A stretch of 64,000 nucleotides of DNA from Vicugna vicugna. Lineage: Eukaryota. The DNA is taken from positions 1,568,442-1,632,441 of the forward strand of contig MU061464.1 of the NCBI GenBank assembly GCA_013265495.1, given 5' to 3'. Position numbers and translations under genes: made by a program. Positions 1 through 12,829 of this stretch are shown here, one piece after another. Below the pieces are notes generated by a model. It was not told where the DNA came from and ran no database searches. It saw only the letters and a program-made list of their open reading frames with translations. Numbering within the stretch: position 1 is the stretch's first letter; each line of letters opens with the position of its first letter.

Positions 1-800
1 TCATCCAGCCCTTCCATTATTCAATTTTCTTTGGGGAACATCGTATTTAAAATACTGGAAAGATGGCTGTGGGCGGCTCAAGTTAGGATGTGTTCCTGGG
101 TCTCAACAGCGCCCTCTTCCTTTGAGAGGGTCTCTAACACGCGGGGGCGGTCCCCCGACGATCGCATCAGTGTAAGGTTTCCCTGCCCCCTTCCAAACAC
201 ACCCCCACCAAGGCTGACTGACCCAGGCTTACACCTGACCAGGCGGGCTCCCTCGCGTCTGAAACTTTCAGACAAGTGAAACGTCAGAGAGTGGGCTGGA
301 GCTGAGTCCTGTGCAAGAGTGGGATCTCGAGGGGAGGCTCAAGGACTTACATCGCTGAGACCGCCTTTGTTCCCACTTCATCTGGGGTCTGGTCCTTCAG
401 CTCCGCCACCTACTTGAGCCCCCCGTGTCCTTCCAGAAAATCCTTTTTGCGCTCAGGGTGGCTAGAGTCAGTTTCAGAGGACCTGAGCCAGTGCAATGAT
501 TGAAAGGGGCACAGAGAAAGCCTGCTGGGCTCCGAGGCCGGAGCCTGCCTTCCGCCTGCTGTGCGAGGTGGGACCAGTCACGGCCTGCGGCGCCTCTCAC
601 ACCCGTGAGTCAAGCCAGCACTGCTGAGCGGACACTGACGGGCGGATAGAATTTAAGACGCAGAAATGGCAGAGGGAGTTCATCCTGAGAATGAAGACTA
701 GCACAGGCGAGACATGGGTGCAGGAGCGCAGGGGCCTGTTAGGGAAGCAGAGCTCCTCCGGAGCATGGAGTTCCTGGTTTTAAAGCATAAATTTTGCTAC

Positions 801-1322
801 TGTTCAAGTGTCCCAAGACCAACCGATTAGGAGAGGACTGCCACTGAAAAGACAGTCACACTCACAGGTCCCCGGAGAAAGGGGCGTCCCGCAGCAGAGG
901 GGGCCACACAGGGAAGACTCAACTTGGCCGGGAAGCAGAGGAGCAGGGGAGTACATGGGCAAGACGCTTTACTGGGGTGTCTGCGGGGAGAGACGGGCAA
1001 GACAAGGGACGCAGTTTGGGGACTGGCAAGTCTGAGTAAGTCCAGAGGGCTCGGGCACAGAGAGTGGCCCTAGCTGTTCGGTGCTGGGGCCTGGGGTGTC
1101 TCGGGCAGGGGAACAGCGGTCCTGGGTGTGAGAGCCCCGTAGAAGAGGCACCTGGGGATGGGGGCTCTGGATTGATTGGCTTGCCTTTGAAAGGTACCTC
1201 CAGGGGCTAGGCATTACTACCTCTAGGCTTTGGCTAGCCCTGGGAGGAGCGTCCCTCCAGTCAGCAAGGCCCCAGGTGTGAGAACCAAAATACAAAAGAA
1301 AGCGAACAAACTGGTTGATGCA
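801..1322 (-). mobile_element. ERVL-class solo LTR, MER54-like
   Basis: Begins TGTTCAAGTGTCCCAAGACCAACCGATTAGGAGAGGACTGCCACTGAAAAGACAG and ends ...GGTTGATGCA (TG...CA). Internal motifs GGCTCTGGATTGATTGGCTTGC and TTGGCTAGCCCTGGGAGGAG match the recalled MER54 antisense consensus. No clean TSD. Confidence 0.6.
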
Positions 1323-1344
1323 TTCCTACTGGAGAGCAGCAGGA

Positions 1345-1720
1345 CCTGAGGGAGGAAGTGGGAGTCGGGACCAGATCATAAGGAACCACAGATGCTAAGC
1401 TAAGAAGTCTGGGTTTCATCCTGCCAGTTCTGCAGCACCCCGAGGGCTTTGAGCAGAGGATGACATAGAGCTATGTACTGATGTCTTTGGACAGGATGAG
1501 GCAGAACACAGGATCAGATCAACAGGACCTGGTGACTAACTGGATGTGGGGATGAGGGAAAGACAGGAATAATATTTCAAGCCATTGTGATTGGAAGATA
1601 TTATTACTATTAATAGATACAGGTGTCTGAGGAGAAGGTACCTCCAGTAGGAGACTGGGCAGGCAAGTGGGCAGAAATGATGAGATGGGTTTCAGAGATA
1701 CTGAGAGGGAGACGGTACCA
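1345..1720 (-). mobile_element. L2 LINE fragments
   Basis: GGGACCAGATCATAAGGAACC...GGTGACTAACTGGATGTGGGGATGAGGGAAAG and GAAATGATGAGATGGGTTTCAGAGAT are typical antisense L2 motifs. Confidence 0.5.
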
Positions 1721-2329
1721 GCACATTGGTGTGACTATGATCAATATTCAGCTCCCATGTACTGTTGCTTCGTGTAATTACGTGGCACTGTATCTCAGCT
1801 CCCCAACCATGTCAGAGGACCCTAAAGACTCATGTCTCACTGTCTTTGTCCCCCCAGTACCTAACACAGAACCTCACTCCCTCGGTCTCTGCCCTTTGGG
1901 AGGTTATCATGGAAATTTCCCAGGGGGCACATCCACCGAGATTTGTCCACGTGAAAAAGGAACCAGTCTGGGCTCTCTCACTGCTTAGCAGGGGTCTAGG
2001 TGTCACCAGGTGACACACCCAGGACACAGGTAAGAGACTTAGTTCCAGTGAGCTTTGGCTTCCCATCTGTAAATGAAGGAGCTTCCTAAAGATTCTCTAA
2101 CATCTTTGCTGCTGCTAACATTTTGTGAATCATTTTTGAGACTCAGTGATGCTACTTAAGTACCTAGTGGATCAGGGAAGCTGCACACTCTTGTCTTGTC
2201 AGTGTCGACTTTGGGCAAACGTCTTCCTGCTCGAGTCCCGGCTACCAAACCTTACCAGCCTGAGAGGCAGGCAGTTCTGAAGGTCTTAGTGCCTTCCTGG
2301 TCCCTTTATCTTCCTTTTCACTCTGGCCT

Positions 2330-2339
2330 CCATTTATGG
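2330..2339. promoter_or_regulatory. Perfect CArG box (SRF-type) CCATTTATGG
   Basis: Exact CC(A/T)6GG match. Function untested. Confidence 0.3.
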
Positions 2340-2979
2340 CTGGAGTAATGACCCCCTCCTCCACGTTGGTCCGTTTGTTGGGGTGAGCGCCTCCCAACTT
2401 CTGCTTCAAACACAGCAGGCAAATGTTCAGCCCCTGACTCCAGCCAGGACTTCCCTGGAGTGTTCTGTCGGATGTGAGTGTGCTGCTCAGTGGCAAAAGA
2501 TCCATGATGAAGAGAACAGCCAGGAGAAAGAAGAGGGGAAGAGAGTCACGTTCATCGAGGGCCTCTGGTGTGCGGCCCCTTCCGGGTTCCCTGGATGCCC
2601 CTGTTAACCACGCCCGCAGTGCCTTGAACTACCGTACGTCACCAGACTTGTTGACGTTCAGTTCAGTGACTCTCTTCCCGTTAGACTGTGCTCCGTGAAG
2701 ACAGGGACGAGCTGTGTCTGTCTTGTTCACTTTCCTAGTCTGGGTCCTCCCAGAGTGCCAGGAAAGTGACGGCTGCTGGGGAAAGAGGAGACGGAGGAAT
2801 AAATAAATGCAGGTAATCCGGGTGGTTCTGCAGAGCGGCAGTATTCCCACTTTGCAGAGGCCGAGGCTTAGAGGGCGTTAATGGCCTGCCTGTGGTCGCA
2901 GGTTGGGAAGGTGGGCCCCTTCTGCAGCCCTTGCACGCCCTCTGTGAAAGCTGCCCCACGAGGGGAGCCAGAGCCAGGC

Positions 2980-3390
2980 TCTATGTCTGTTCTTTGAAAC
3001 AGAAATGGACCGCAGATAACTTAGGCAAAACAGAACTTTTTGGAATGATAGCAGGGGCTCACAAAACAGCCGAGAGTGAAGACCCCGGGGCAGAGCGGGG
3101 ATTCAGGCAGCAGGTGTGGGTGAAGGCTGGGTGAGGGGCTGGCACCAGAGCGTCTCCTGCAGTTTTGTTTGTTTTTCTCCCCCACCCTTATCCATCTCTC
3201 AGCTCAACTCAGAGTCCAGGAGGAAGAATCTGATTGGCCAGAGGAGGGCAGTGTACCTGTGGTGACAGCCCCACCAAGACTGTACATAATGAGGAGAGAA
3301 AAAAGAACCCCAAATCCCCCAAAAAGAAACAAAGTGATCTTACTAAAAAAGAGCAGGAGCGCGTGCTGGGCGGCGTTCAGAAGCACCACG
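2980..3390 (-). mobile_element. MaLR LTR, MLT1-like
   Basis: GGAAGAATCTGATTGGCC, CCCCACCAAGACTGTAC and GTGATCTTACTAAAAAAGAGCAGG...GTGCTGGGCGG resemble the antisense old MLT1 (J/K/L group) consensus. Confidence 0.45.
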
Positions 3391-4279
3391 AGTGTGCGCT
3401 GCTCGCCGCTGCCCGGAGGCTGCCCGGGCGGGGCCAGGAGTGAGTCCTCGCCTCAAGCCACGGCTTTCCCCTGCTCCCAGGAGGCCTTAGTGGGGGAGGG
3501 GAGGGGGACTCGCCACAGAGCCGTCTCTGAATGCCAGCCGGGCTCCTCCTTAGAGGGTCCCGAAGTGCTGAGGAAAGTGAGAGGTGGCCCCCGCCCCCGC
3601 CCTGGCCTGACTGGCTTTGTGTGTTGCTCCTGTTGTTATTCACACCTTCCTGTGGGATCACTTCAAATCCCTGTTTCCTGATGATCCAACATCCTTCTTC
3701 AATCAACTGGCAGGGGTGAAGCCTGCCAAAACCTCAGGTAGCAGCCCTGCCCGGCACCGTTTTCAGTCACATCCTGTGTTCACAGCTTTCCAGTCCAACT
3801 CCAGATGCCAGTTTTGGTTTGTGAAAATTTCCACGGCCTCCAGCTAAGCTAACACTCACAGGCCCCAGCCCACGGGCACGGAAGCCTGCTCAGGCTATAT
3901 TCCGCCCACGCCGGGCTCCGGCGCCCACGCTGCTCTGGGCCGTCACCACCTTGCGCAGGACGCAGCGTCGGCGATGAGCCCTGACCTCCCCAGCCCTGTC
4001 TGGGGGAGAGGTGTGTCTTAGGGACCCATGACCACTATACCTTAGGTCACAGCCTATGGCACAGCTGTGGTAGAGCCAGGCTCCTGGCCCCTGGCCCCAG
4101 GCTTCTTCGTTAATAAAGCCGCTTAGTCAGGTCAGTGAGGGGCCTGTGGTTCCGCTAGGACACCCCAGGGAGCCCAGAGCTGTGCAGCTACTGCAAAGCT
4201 CTGAACAGGCCGCAGGAGCACCTGAGCAGGATTGTCGCTCAGCAGGTGCCTACCGCGGTGTCCGGCTCCAGGTGAAGCT

Positions 4280-4440
4280 CTTTGCATACATGCCTTCCGC
4301 GCTCACAACTGTCTTGCTATTTTTCATCAGCTCCGTTTCGCGGAGGCTCACAGAGGTTAAGTCATTTGTCTCACGTTCATACAGGTGGCACACGGCAGAA
4401 CCAAGATTCAGGCCCGGTCACCTGGCTCCAGAGGCCTGTA
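4280..4440 (-). mobile_element. MIR SINE
   Basis: GAGGCTCACAGAGGTTAAGTCATTTGTCTCACGTTCATACAG...GAACCAAGATTCAGGCCCGG is the MIR core. Confidence 0.7.
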
Positions 4441-4565
4441 TTTCTCCACCGCACTTGAGTCCATCGCTGTCTCCCACAGGTGTTTCCTCTGCCCCTGTGA
4501 CAACTACACACACACACACAAACCACGCCCCTCCCCAAGGAGCTCTCTGGGAGCCTCCCGTGCTT

Positions 4566-7000
4566 CACTGAAGTATAATCTACATGCTGTAAAACTCACC
4601 ATCCTACGTGTGCAGTTTGACAATTACAGCAACTTCGAACAGCGGTGCAGCCATCACAGCCATCACAAAGGCCAGCCACCGCGCCGCAAAGCCCTTCTGC
4701 TCTCCCACTGCAGCCCCCACCGCCGCCTCCACTCCTCTGCCTTGCCGCCTCTGTACTCGGCCTTTTCTGGAAGTTTCATACTAATGAAATCTTACAGAAC
4801 GGAGTCTCCTGTGTCTGACTTTTTCTACTCTGCACGTTTTTGAAGTTTATTCACGCTGTTGCACGTGTCAGCGGTTCATTCCTTTTTATCGCTCGGTAGT
4901 TTTCCGTTGTACGGATGCGTTACTAGATTGTGTCTGCTATAGATCAGTTGATAGACATTTGGATTATTTCCAGCTTGGTGTGCAGGGTGGGGAAAACAAT
5001 TTTCCCGCTATCCTTCTGCGTTCGTGGTTGAGACCCCTGGAGTGAAAACACAGTAACACAAGGAAAACAAAAGGAAGTTTATCAGCACGTATACCTTCAA
5101 GTATATACCGAGACACCCAGGAAAACAGGAGCAGTGCCCCGAGGTGGCCCACGCCGCTAGTTTCAGCACCATCTCCAGCTGAAGACCGTCGGAAGTTGTG
5201 GGCGGGGAGCTTGAAGTCTTGTTATCTCCAAGGGAAGGTTCTCCTGTGACTCTGAGTCATTCTCTTTTCCCCGGTGCAGAGAGGGAGATACCCTTACATA
5301 CGGACGTTTCTTTCATAAATGGAGACTTCACCTGCAAGGAGTCACTTCTACTCTGTTTCCAGAGCTTCTCCTGTAGCTGACATTTCTCAAAGTAATCCTT
5401 ATGCCAAAGAGGCATATTTCGGGGTGGCAGATTCTGCTCCCCTTCAAGGGCTATCATAAGTTACGCAGCTACGAACACTTGCATGTGTTTATGTGGATAT
5501 CTATCTTCATTTCTCTTGGGTAAATACTTAGGAGTGAGATTGCTGGGTCATATGGTCAACATACATGTATCATTTTGAGAAACTGCCTTATTATCCTATC
5601 CAAATTAGCTGTACCACCTTATATTCCCAACGGCAAAGTGTGAGCGCTCCAGTTTCTCCATGTCTTTGTCAGCACTTGATACTGTCAGTCTTCTATTGTA
5701 GCCGTTCTCATGATAGGCAGGAGTCATCTACTGTAGTTGAATTTGCATCTCCTTGTGACTAATGATGTTGACCATCTTTTCACATGCCTGTTGTCCATTT
5801 GTATGTCGGCTTTGGTGAAACGCCTATTTGTTGCTCATGTTTAAAAAATCAGTTTACTTACCTTACTGGGTTGTAGGACCTCTTTATGTATTCTGGATGT
5901 GAGTGCTTGATCGGATTTGAAATGATTTCACATGTTTTCTCCAGTCTGTGGCTTGTATTTTCATTTTTTCAGTGGTATCTTCTGAAAAGCAAAAGTTTTA
6001 AATTTTGATGAAGTCCAATTTAGCAATATTTTTAAGGATCATGTTTTTGGTATCATATCTAAGAAATCTTCGCCTAATTCATGTTCAAGAAGGCTTTTTC
6101 CTATGTTTTTCTAGAAGTTTTATAGTTTTAGCTCTTACATTTAGCTTTATGACTCATTTCAATTTTTGCATATGGTATGAGGTTCATTTTTTTTTTTGCA
6201 TATGGCGATCCAATTGTTCCAACATCACTTATGGAAAAATCTATTGAATTACCTTGGCCCTTTTGTCCAAAGTCAAATTGACCATAAATTTAAGTGTTTA
6301 TCTGGACTCTGTTCTATCACATTGACCTACACGCCTCTCTTTGGGTCAGCAGTACCCTGACTGATCACTACAGCTTTAGCATGGGTCCTCCACATTTGCT
6401 GTTCTTTTTCAAAACGGTTTTGCTGTTTCTGGCTCCTTTGCATTTTTGTGTAAATTTTAAAATCAACTTGTCAAATCCTACCCAGAAACCTTGCTGGGAT
6501 TTTGATACGGACTGGACTGGAACAGTGAGTCAGCTTAGGGACTGTTCCTGTGCCAGCCAGGGACATCGGCTCTTCCAGTCCACGAACGTGGCGTACTTCT
6601 CCATTTGTTTGGCTCCTTAATTCTCTCAGCAGAGTTCTGAGGCGTTCAGTGTGCAGCTCTTGCACTGCTTTTACTGCAATTGTTTTTATGTTTTTTATCC
6701 TGTTTTGTGCTACTGGGAATGGAATTATTTTCCTAATTTCAGTTTTTGATTGTTTGTTAATTGTGTATCCTGCAACATTAGTAAATTTGCTTACTGGTTC
6801 TAGTAGACTTTTATAGATTCCTTAGGCTTTTCTATACACAAGATGTCACGTCATCTGCAGACAAGGGCCGTTGTCGTCCTCCTCCCCCGTCTGCGCGTCC
6901 TTGTGCGCTTTTCTCACCCGCTGTGCTGGCCCGGCCTCTGGTGTGAAGCTCACCAGAAGAGGTAAGTGAGCGTCCTCACCCTCCTCTGCCCTGTGTGTCT
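4566..7000 (-). mobile_element. Old L1 (L1MA/MB-type) 3' UTR plus ORF2 3' end, interrupted by an LTR at 4981-5446
   Basis: Antisense L1 hallmarks: CTGAAGTATAATCTACATGCTGTAAAACTCACC, GGGTAAATACTTAGGAGTGAGATTGCTGGGTCATATGG, TAATGATGTTGACCATCTTTTCACATG, TTTTGATGAAGTCCAATTTA and GTCATCTGCAGACA. Degenerate and non-coding. Confidence 0.85.
4981..5446 (-). mobile_element. ERV1-class solo LTR, MER34/MER39-like
   Basis: Minus strand starts TGAAGGGGAGCAGAATCTGCCACCCCGAAATATGCCTCTTTGGCATAAGGATTACTTTGAG and ends ...TTTTCCCCACCCTGCA. L1 sequence resumes on both sides. Confidence 0.75.
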
Positions 7001-9633
7001 GACGGGTCCTGGGCGTTCTCTCTCTCAGGGAGCCCTGATGCCTCCTCCAGAAGAGGAGGTCTTGTTCTCTTGTTCTCTCTTCCCACCCACCCCTGCCTTG
7101 TCTGAAGGCCCAGCTTCCCGCCACCGCAGCTGGTCCTGTACTCAAAGCCTTTCTGCTTACTTAGGGGGTCCCGTCAGCAGCCCCTCCTGCCTTCTTGGCT
7201 CTGTGCCTAAAAGGCTTTAGAGGCTTCTGACACCCACGTTTCTCTCTCAGAAGTCCTTTAGGAGCCTCTCATCCTACCAGCACCGGCGTTTAGCACCTCC
7301 AACGAGGCGCCTGCTTTTTTGGCTCTCTTGCACAGGGATTCAGCGAGGGGGACTGAAAGTGAACTGCAGTGCGTGGAAGTCTGAGGAAAGGTTTCCCCCA
7401 GCTCCCAGAGATGCTGGGGCTGAGACTCGGGAGAAGGCCCGACAGCTGAGACCCTCCTAACGCTGTGGGGCCCTGCAAGGAGCCTCCTCTCTGAACCCCA
7501 GCTGCCTGTACCCCTTCCTCTCCCACGCTTCTCAGAGCACCTGCCGAACCCCAAATAGCCTAATCCCTCCCAGCCTCATAAACGCACACATTCATCTCAG
7601 CGTCTTCGGCTATGCCTCCCCCAACCCCAGACGCCTTCCCACTTTCCTCTGCCTGCCCGTGGCTTGCCCGTCCATCAGCACCTCACTCCAGTTTTCCCTC
7701 TTCCACAAAACTTTTCCTGATCACTCTAGCTCCACCTCACCACAGCTGTACTCAACTGCCACCCAATTAGCGCATGATCACAGCAGGTTTCCACCATGTA
7801 ATTAGTGTGGACTTTCCCAGACCACTTGGCTGTAAGAAGCTTCACATGTATTTGTCCTAAATCATGATCTCTGGCTTGGCCCCACTCACCAACGCTGACA
7901 AGAAATCCACTATTGGACACCAACAGGAATATCTCCTCCTCTTAGAGGCTTGTGTAGTGGCTGTAGGAGCAAGTCTTCATCACTTGCCCCTCGTCGCTGC
8001 TGAGTCACTGTCTACACCCCAAAGCCCATTACTTAGGTAGTGGGGGCCGAATACGGCCACCATGCTGAGCCCAGTGCAACAATCCAGTAGTGTCGCTGAC
8101 CAACTGACAGATGGTGCACACTGGTCCCCTCCTGCCACCCTCTGACTTGTTCATGGTGCCTTCATTCCCTGTGGAGAAGCCTCCCAGCTCTCCTTGACAT
8201 GCGCAGTACCCTGCGTGGCCATCCTGGATTGGCTACCTTGCCCCGATGTGATTAGTGGGCAGAGCCAGCTGCAGCCCCAGCAGGCAGTGCTGGGGTAGTA
8301 GCAGACCCAGGTCTCCCCCACCCCAGTAGTCCCTGCCCCCCCCAAGGTGCCCTGCACCCTGGGCACCCCATCCTTGATGCTGGAGCCTGGAATTATCTCA
8401 TGGTTCATGCTCTTTCTGCCTGCAGGATGCATGCCTGTCTCACTGCTTTGCCAGCATTTCCATAGCACGCAGGGGGCCGGGAATTACGAAAGTTACTTTT
8501 CTCCAGCCAATTTAAGCCAGCCTGGCACAAGTCCCTCATTCTCCTTTGTCAGTGAGGCAAAGAGTCAGTTGTTCTCCCAGCTTTGTCTTGCAGCAAGGCA
8601 GCCCTTTCTCTGCCCTTCCTCTCTCCCTCAGAAGTCCTGATTGTGCCTTTCATCAGACCCTGCTCTGAAGGGCGTGGAAAATCTGCTTCTTTCTACCACT
8701 CCCTTCTGCCCAAGTGAGGCCACTCCAGGACAGGTAGGCATAGGGACAGGGAGAGAGGAAGTAGGTGGGGACAGTTTGCAACTGGCAGCTCATTAGTTGG
8801 AAGTTACTTACTGCTGGGCAAGAGTGATCAAAATAACACCGTGGGGAGGTCTCCAAAACCCCAGGCACTGTAGGTTCCCTGAGCATCCTGCCCGGGGGCC
8901 GGTGTGGTCTGGTCCCTGCCCCAGGAGCTCACCGTGGGCGCTGTTAGGCGAGACTGCCCTGTGGGTCCCTGACAGATTGAGGTCATTCCTTCTGATTTTT
9001 AAACCCCAGTGGCCTTTCAGGGAGGCCCCCGACCCCTGCGAGAGTTGGTTCCTTCCTGCCTGGGTACTTCGCTCTTCAGTCCTTTACCTCAGCAACACCC
9101 TCCGCCCACTCCCACTAAGCCCCCTGGATCAGCGCCTGCAAACCCAGTGTGAAATCCCCTTCTGCCGGAGGCCTCGCCCTGCTCACGTCCAGCTCAGTTC
9201 TCGACTGCGTTTGGCTTTTTCCAGCACCCAGGTGTTCTGTTTGATTCCTTTTGCGTGTGTTTAGCGGGGCTTTGAGAGGATCTGAAGTCTTATCTTAATT
9301 TAAAATTCCCTGAAGCCAGACAGTGAGGTTTTCCTTACCCCCCACCGCGCCCCTTGCAGTTTTTGGCTCTCAGTACTGACCAGGTCCCACGAAGCCGCAC
9401 AGCCAAACCCCAGGACGTCTGGCGGGAATCTCCAAAGTGGCTCCTTGGACCCATCAGGTCTGCTATCCTCCCAAGGCCAACCACCCACCACCCCCTACCC
9501 CGAATCTCAGAGTCGCCGGGGCCCCTGATGCCTTCCCTTGCGTGAGACCAAGGTGTGTTCATTGAGATTAACGGGCTGGCTTTCTGTTTGTATTCCCTCA
9601 ACCCAAAGAAAAGGCTGGGTGGGAAAGGCAAGA

Positions 9634-9656
9634 GGGAATTCCCGTGGGGGAATTAC
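9634..9656. promoter_or_regulatory. Palindromic NF-kB site GGGAATTCCC plus adjacent near-site GGGGAATTAC
   Basis: Exact GGGRNWYYCC match at 9634-9643 and a second imperfect site at 9647-9656. Confidence 0.35.
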
Positions 9657-9784
9657 TTAAGCGCAGTCCTCCTGAGCCTTTGAGGCACAGCAGAGAGGTG
9701 ACTGGGCCTCGGAGGCTGCAATTTAAACAACCAAGGTGATGCCGACTACAGTTCCAGTTGAGAATCACTGGGGGATCCTTGCCG

Positions 9785-9955
9785 CTGAAATGGTGGTCCT
9801 TGGACAAGCAGCATCGGCCTCATCCGGGAGTTTGAAGGAATGTAGAATTCCAGGCCCCACCCAGACCTGCTGAATCAGAACCTGCGTTTTAACAAGATCT
9901 CTAGATGACGGTGTATACACTGCTCTATCAGGGACTGCACTGGGACACGCGCTTA
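9785..9955. mobile_element. MER5A-type hAT-Charlie MITE
   Basis: GTGGTCCTTGGACAAGCAGCATCGGC...CAGGCCCCACCCAGACCTGCTGAATCAGAACCTGCGTTTTAACAAGATC. Confidence 0.75.
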
Positions 9956-10534
9956 AACTGGGGCGCCTGGCTTATGGCCACCCTCCCGGAAGGGAGCCGG
10001 CAGGTGGGGCCGAGGGGGGAAGGGGGGAAGCTTGAGCAGCCACAGCTCAAACTGGGCCCTGGTTCAGGGATTTGGTCTCAAGAGCCTGCCTTTCTGTCCC
10101 CAGCTCCCCACTTGGCAAAGGTCTCATAAATGAACTATTTGTTCTGCTAGCTGGTTATGTTTGTTGCTAGAAGCGAGCAGGGTGTGTTCGCAGGAGCCCA
10201 TGGGGCTGGTCTGGGCGGGACCCCTGCACTTGCCACGACCCTTTATTCTGGGCTCACCCATACATCCACCTCCTTGTGCAGAGGCTCATCCATCAGCAAC
10301 CTCTGTTTCTGTGAATGTTCTGTTCCTACAGCCTGTTTCTCCTTTTTCTAGATCTTGACATTTTGGCTTTTTATCCTGTTCCAGACTCATAGCTTGCTTC
10401 CTGCCCTCCAGTGTGACTCCTCTGTTAACCTTCAGTCCTTTCACAGATCATTGTTTCAGCGCCTTCTGTGCACTACAGCAAGCACTGCGGATTCAAAGGG
10501 AACCGAGACGGTCCCTGCTTCCGGGGTCTCAGCA

Positions 10535-10745
10535 CTGCTGGCTGTGCTCACTACGTGTCAGGGGCTGTGCTAAGTGCTTCACTTACATAATCTAACTTCA
10601 TTTCACAAGCTTACCTGTGCGGTTGCCCCCACTTTCTAGTTGAAGAAGCTGAACTCAGAGTCAAGACATTTCCCCAGGGTCACAGCTAATTCATGGCACA
10701 GGCGGGATTTAAACCTGAGTCTGATTGTTTCAAAAGCCAGCCTTA
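10535..10745 (-). mobile_element. MIR SINE
   Basis: CACTACGTGTCAGGGGCTGTGCTAAGTGCTTCAC...CCCAGGGTCACAGCTAATTCATGGCACAGGCGGGATTTAAACC. Confidence 0.75.
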
Positions 10746-11839
10746 CGCTGGGTACAAGACTGCCTTCTTCGTCGCTGTGTCTCCAGTGCTCGGGACAATG
10801 CCTGCACGTGTGCCACGCAATCAACATTCGTTGGAGAACAATGTCGTTCTGAACCATCTCCTGGGCTCCACCCTTCAGCCACAGAGCTCTTCAGGCCTAG
10901 GTCCCTGGGCACCTCTGGGCACCTCCTGGTCCACAGACCCAGCCCGGCATCCAGGGCCCCCCCGATTTACCTCGGCCTCTCGGGGCCAGGCAGTCATACC
11001 AGGAAACCCCTCTCCATCGTGTCTGAGGAAAGTACATCTGGAGTGAATCCAAGATTTCTATCTAGAAAACACCAAAAATATATTACCATGGAGTTTTGTA
11101 ATTTATACAGCAGGTAATAAAATTGTTGCAGGAATTTACGTAGATGGACACGGCGCATCCTCACACTCCTGGCGGCGTGCAGGCTGCCGCACTCTGCTGG
11201 CCGCCTCCCACGGCGGCTCTTGGGGAAGGCCCAGTGCCCGCCCCTCCCCAGCCTACCTCTCTGCCCCCTCGGCAGAGACCCTGAGATGTGTGCTTTTTCT
11301 GTTCCCCTAAAGGGGGAAGCACAGCACAGGCCACAGAGAGTGATCCAGGTTTCCTGCGGTGCAGACGGGGTTTTCACTGTGATCGTGTTGTGGCATTTCT
11401 TTTCTGTGCACCTAATGGGCAGTGAGAAAGCGCCCTGGAGGCTAACATGGACTGAAATTGTTTAGACAGTCTAAATTAGAACCCTGCCCCTGTTAGGCCT
11501 TCCAGAGCGCTTCCTTAGGACTGGGAAGTACAGAGCAGGGGTCAGTCTCATCCTATCGGCGGGAACCTGGGACAAGGTGAGTGAGGGCCTGGAGGCGCAG
11601 GGATGGTTAGTGCAGGAAGGCGGCAGGACACAGAGGCCTCGGTGCCTCCGTCCACGACGCCACGTGTTGTCCCCTGAGCGGAGTATTTTGATCCTCTCTG
11701 TTATAAGAAGACTCAAATGAAATATATCTATGTCTATACATTTTTCATATTCTATGCTTTTCTTTTTTGCCACTCTAGAAGTGTTACCATTTTTCATGAA
11801 TTCACAGTGAATATGAAGAGGTTGGCGAGGTCATGATTA

Positions 11840-12045
11840 AAACCTTGAATTTTCAGAGTCAGGAAAATCTGTCTCTACCTGGGCAAGTTAATTAACGTCA
11901 GTTTCCCGGCCTGTAAAAAAAAGTTTTAATCCCGCCTTCGCTGGCACGTGTCTTGAGGAATTAAGTGAGTGGTGCATGGAAAGCGCCTGGCAGGGCGCCG
12001 GCACACAGCACGCACTCAGCAAGGGTCAGCTGCTGTGACGGCACT
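11840..12045 (+). mobile_element. MIR SINE, GC-shifted 3' half
   Basis: CCTGGGCAAGTTAATTAAC...CAGTTTCCCGGCCTGTAAAA...GAGGAATTAAGTGAG...AAAGCGCCTGGCA. Confidence 0.65.
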
Positions 12046-12829
12046 AAAGCTGCTGTTACGTGAGGCCGCCTTTAGCACGTGGGTGGTTCGCGAGGCTGGA
12101 GCCTTGCTCGTGCTGCTCCCCGAGGAACCCCTGCTTGGGGAACCAGCGAGCCTAGCCCGTGCAGGGCCCGGCTCCGCGCAGTTGTTTGTCAGTTTTTCTC
12201 TTGACCTGTTTTCCGTCCATAGCTTCTAGCTTCAGGACTGCCGCCACATCCCTGTAGGTCGTTACACCTGTTTCAGACAGGACTTCCAAAACGGAGATTT
12301 TAGCTGACTGTCTGAAGGTATTCCATCCTGGAAGAACCCCCCGCACGTCGCTGTGGTTTCCTGGTAACTCGGATCAGAAGCACCCGCGCCTCAGGGTCCA
12401 GGGATGTTAGGCCAGGTGAGGAAGTCCAAGCCAAAGGACTGCTAGCCCTTTTGAAGGAGGGCGCTTGCTTCCTGCAGCCTCTACAGCAAACATTGCATCT
12501 CGGGCATCAAATTACCTGAGACATGTTGCAAAAGAGGGATTTAATGCATGTGAACTGCTTTGGATTCAAAACTACATACGCCTCTGGGACTTTGTCAAGT
12601 CTAAAGAAGGAATTCTCCAGGAATAGACTTCCTCCAATGTGTCACTGAAAAAATTTTGCACGATGTTGGTGTCAGTCAACACTGGTTTTTCTTCAGTGCA
12701 GAGTGATCGACAGAGCCACTTCAGAGTTCTCGTGCGGGCCGCATCCCGAGCTTGCCTATTCAGTATATTTGCAAATCAGTTTTAAAATAAAACATTTGAT
12801 TTTGCACTCCTATTTGACTGCCTGCCATC

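Noticed and set aside
3202-3440. Apparent exon (CTCTCAG acceptor, GTGAGT donor, Lys/Glu-rich frame)
   Set aside because: Most of it lies in an MLT1-like LTR, and the charged peptide arises from an A-rich stretch.
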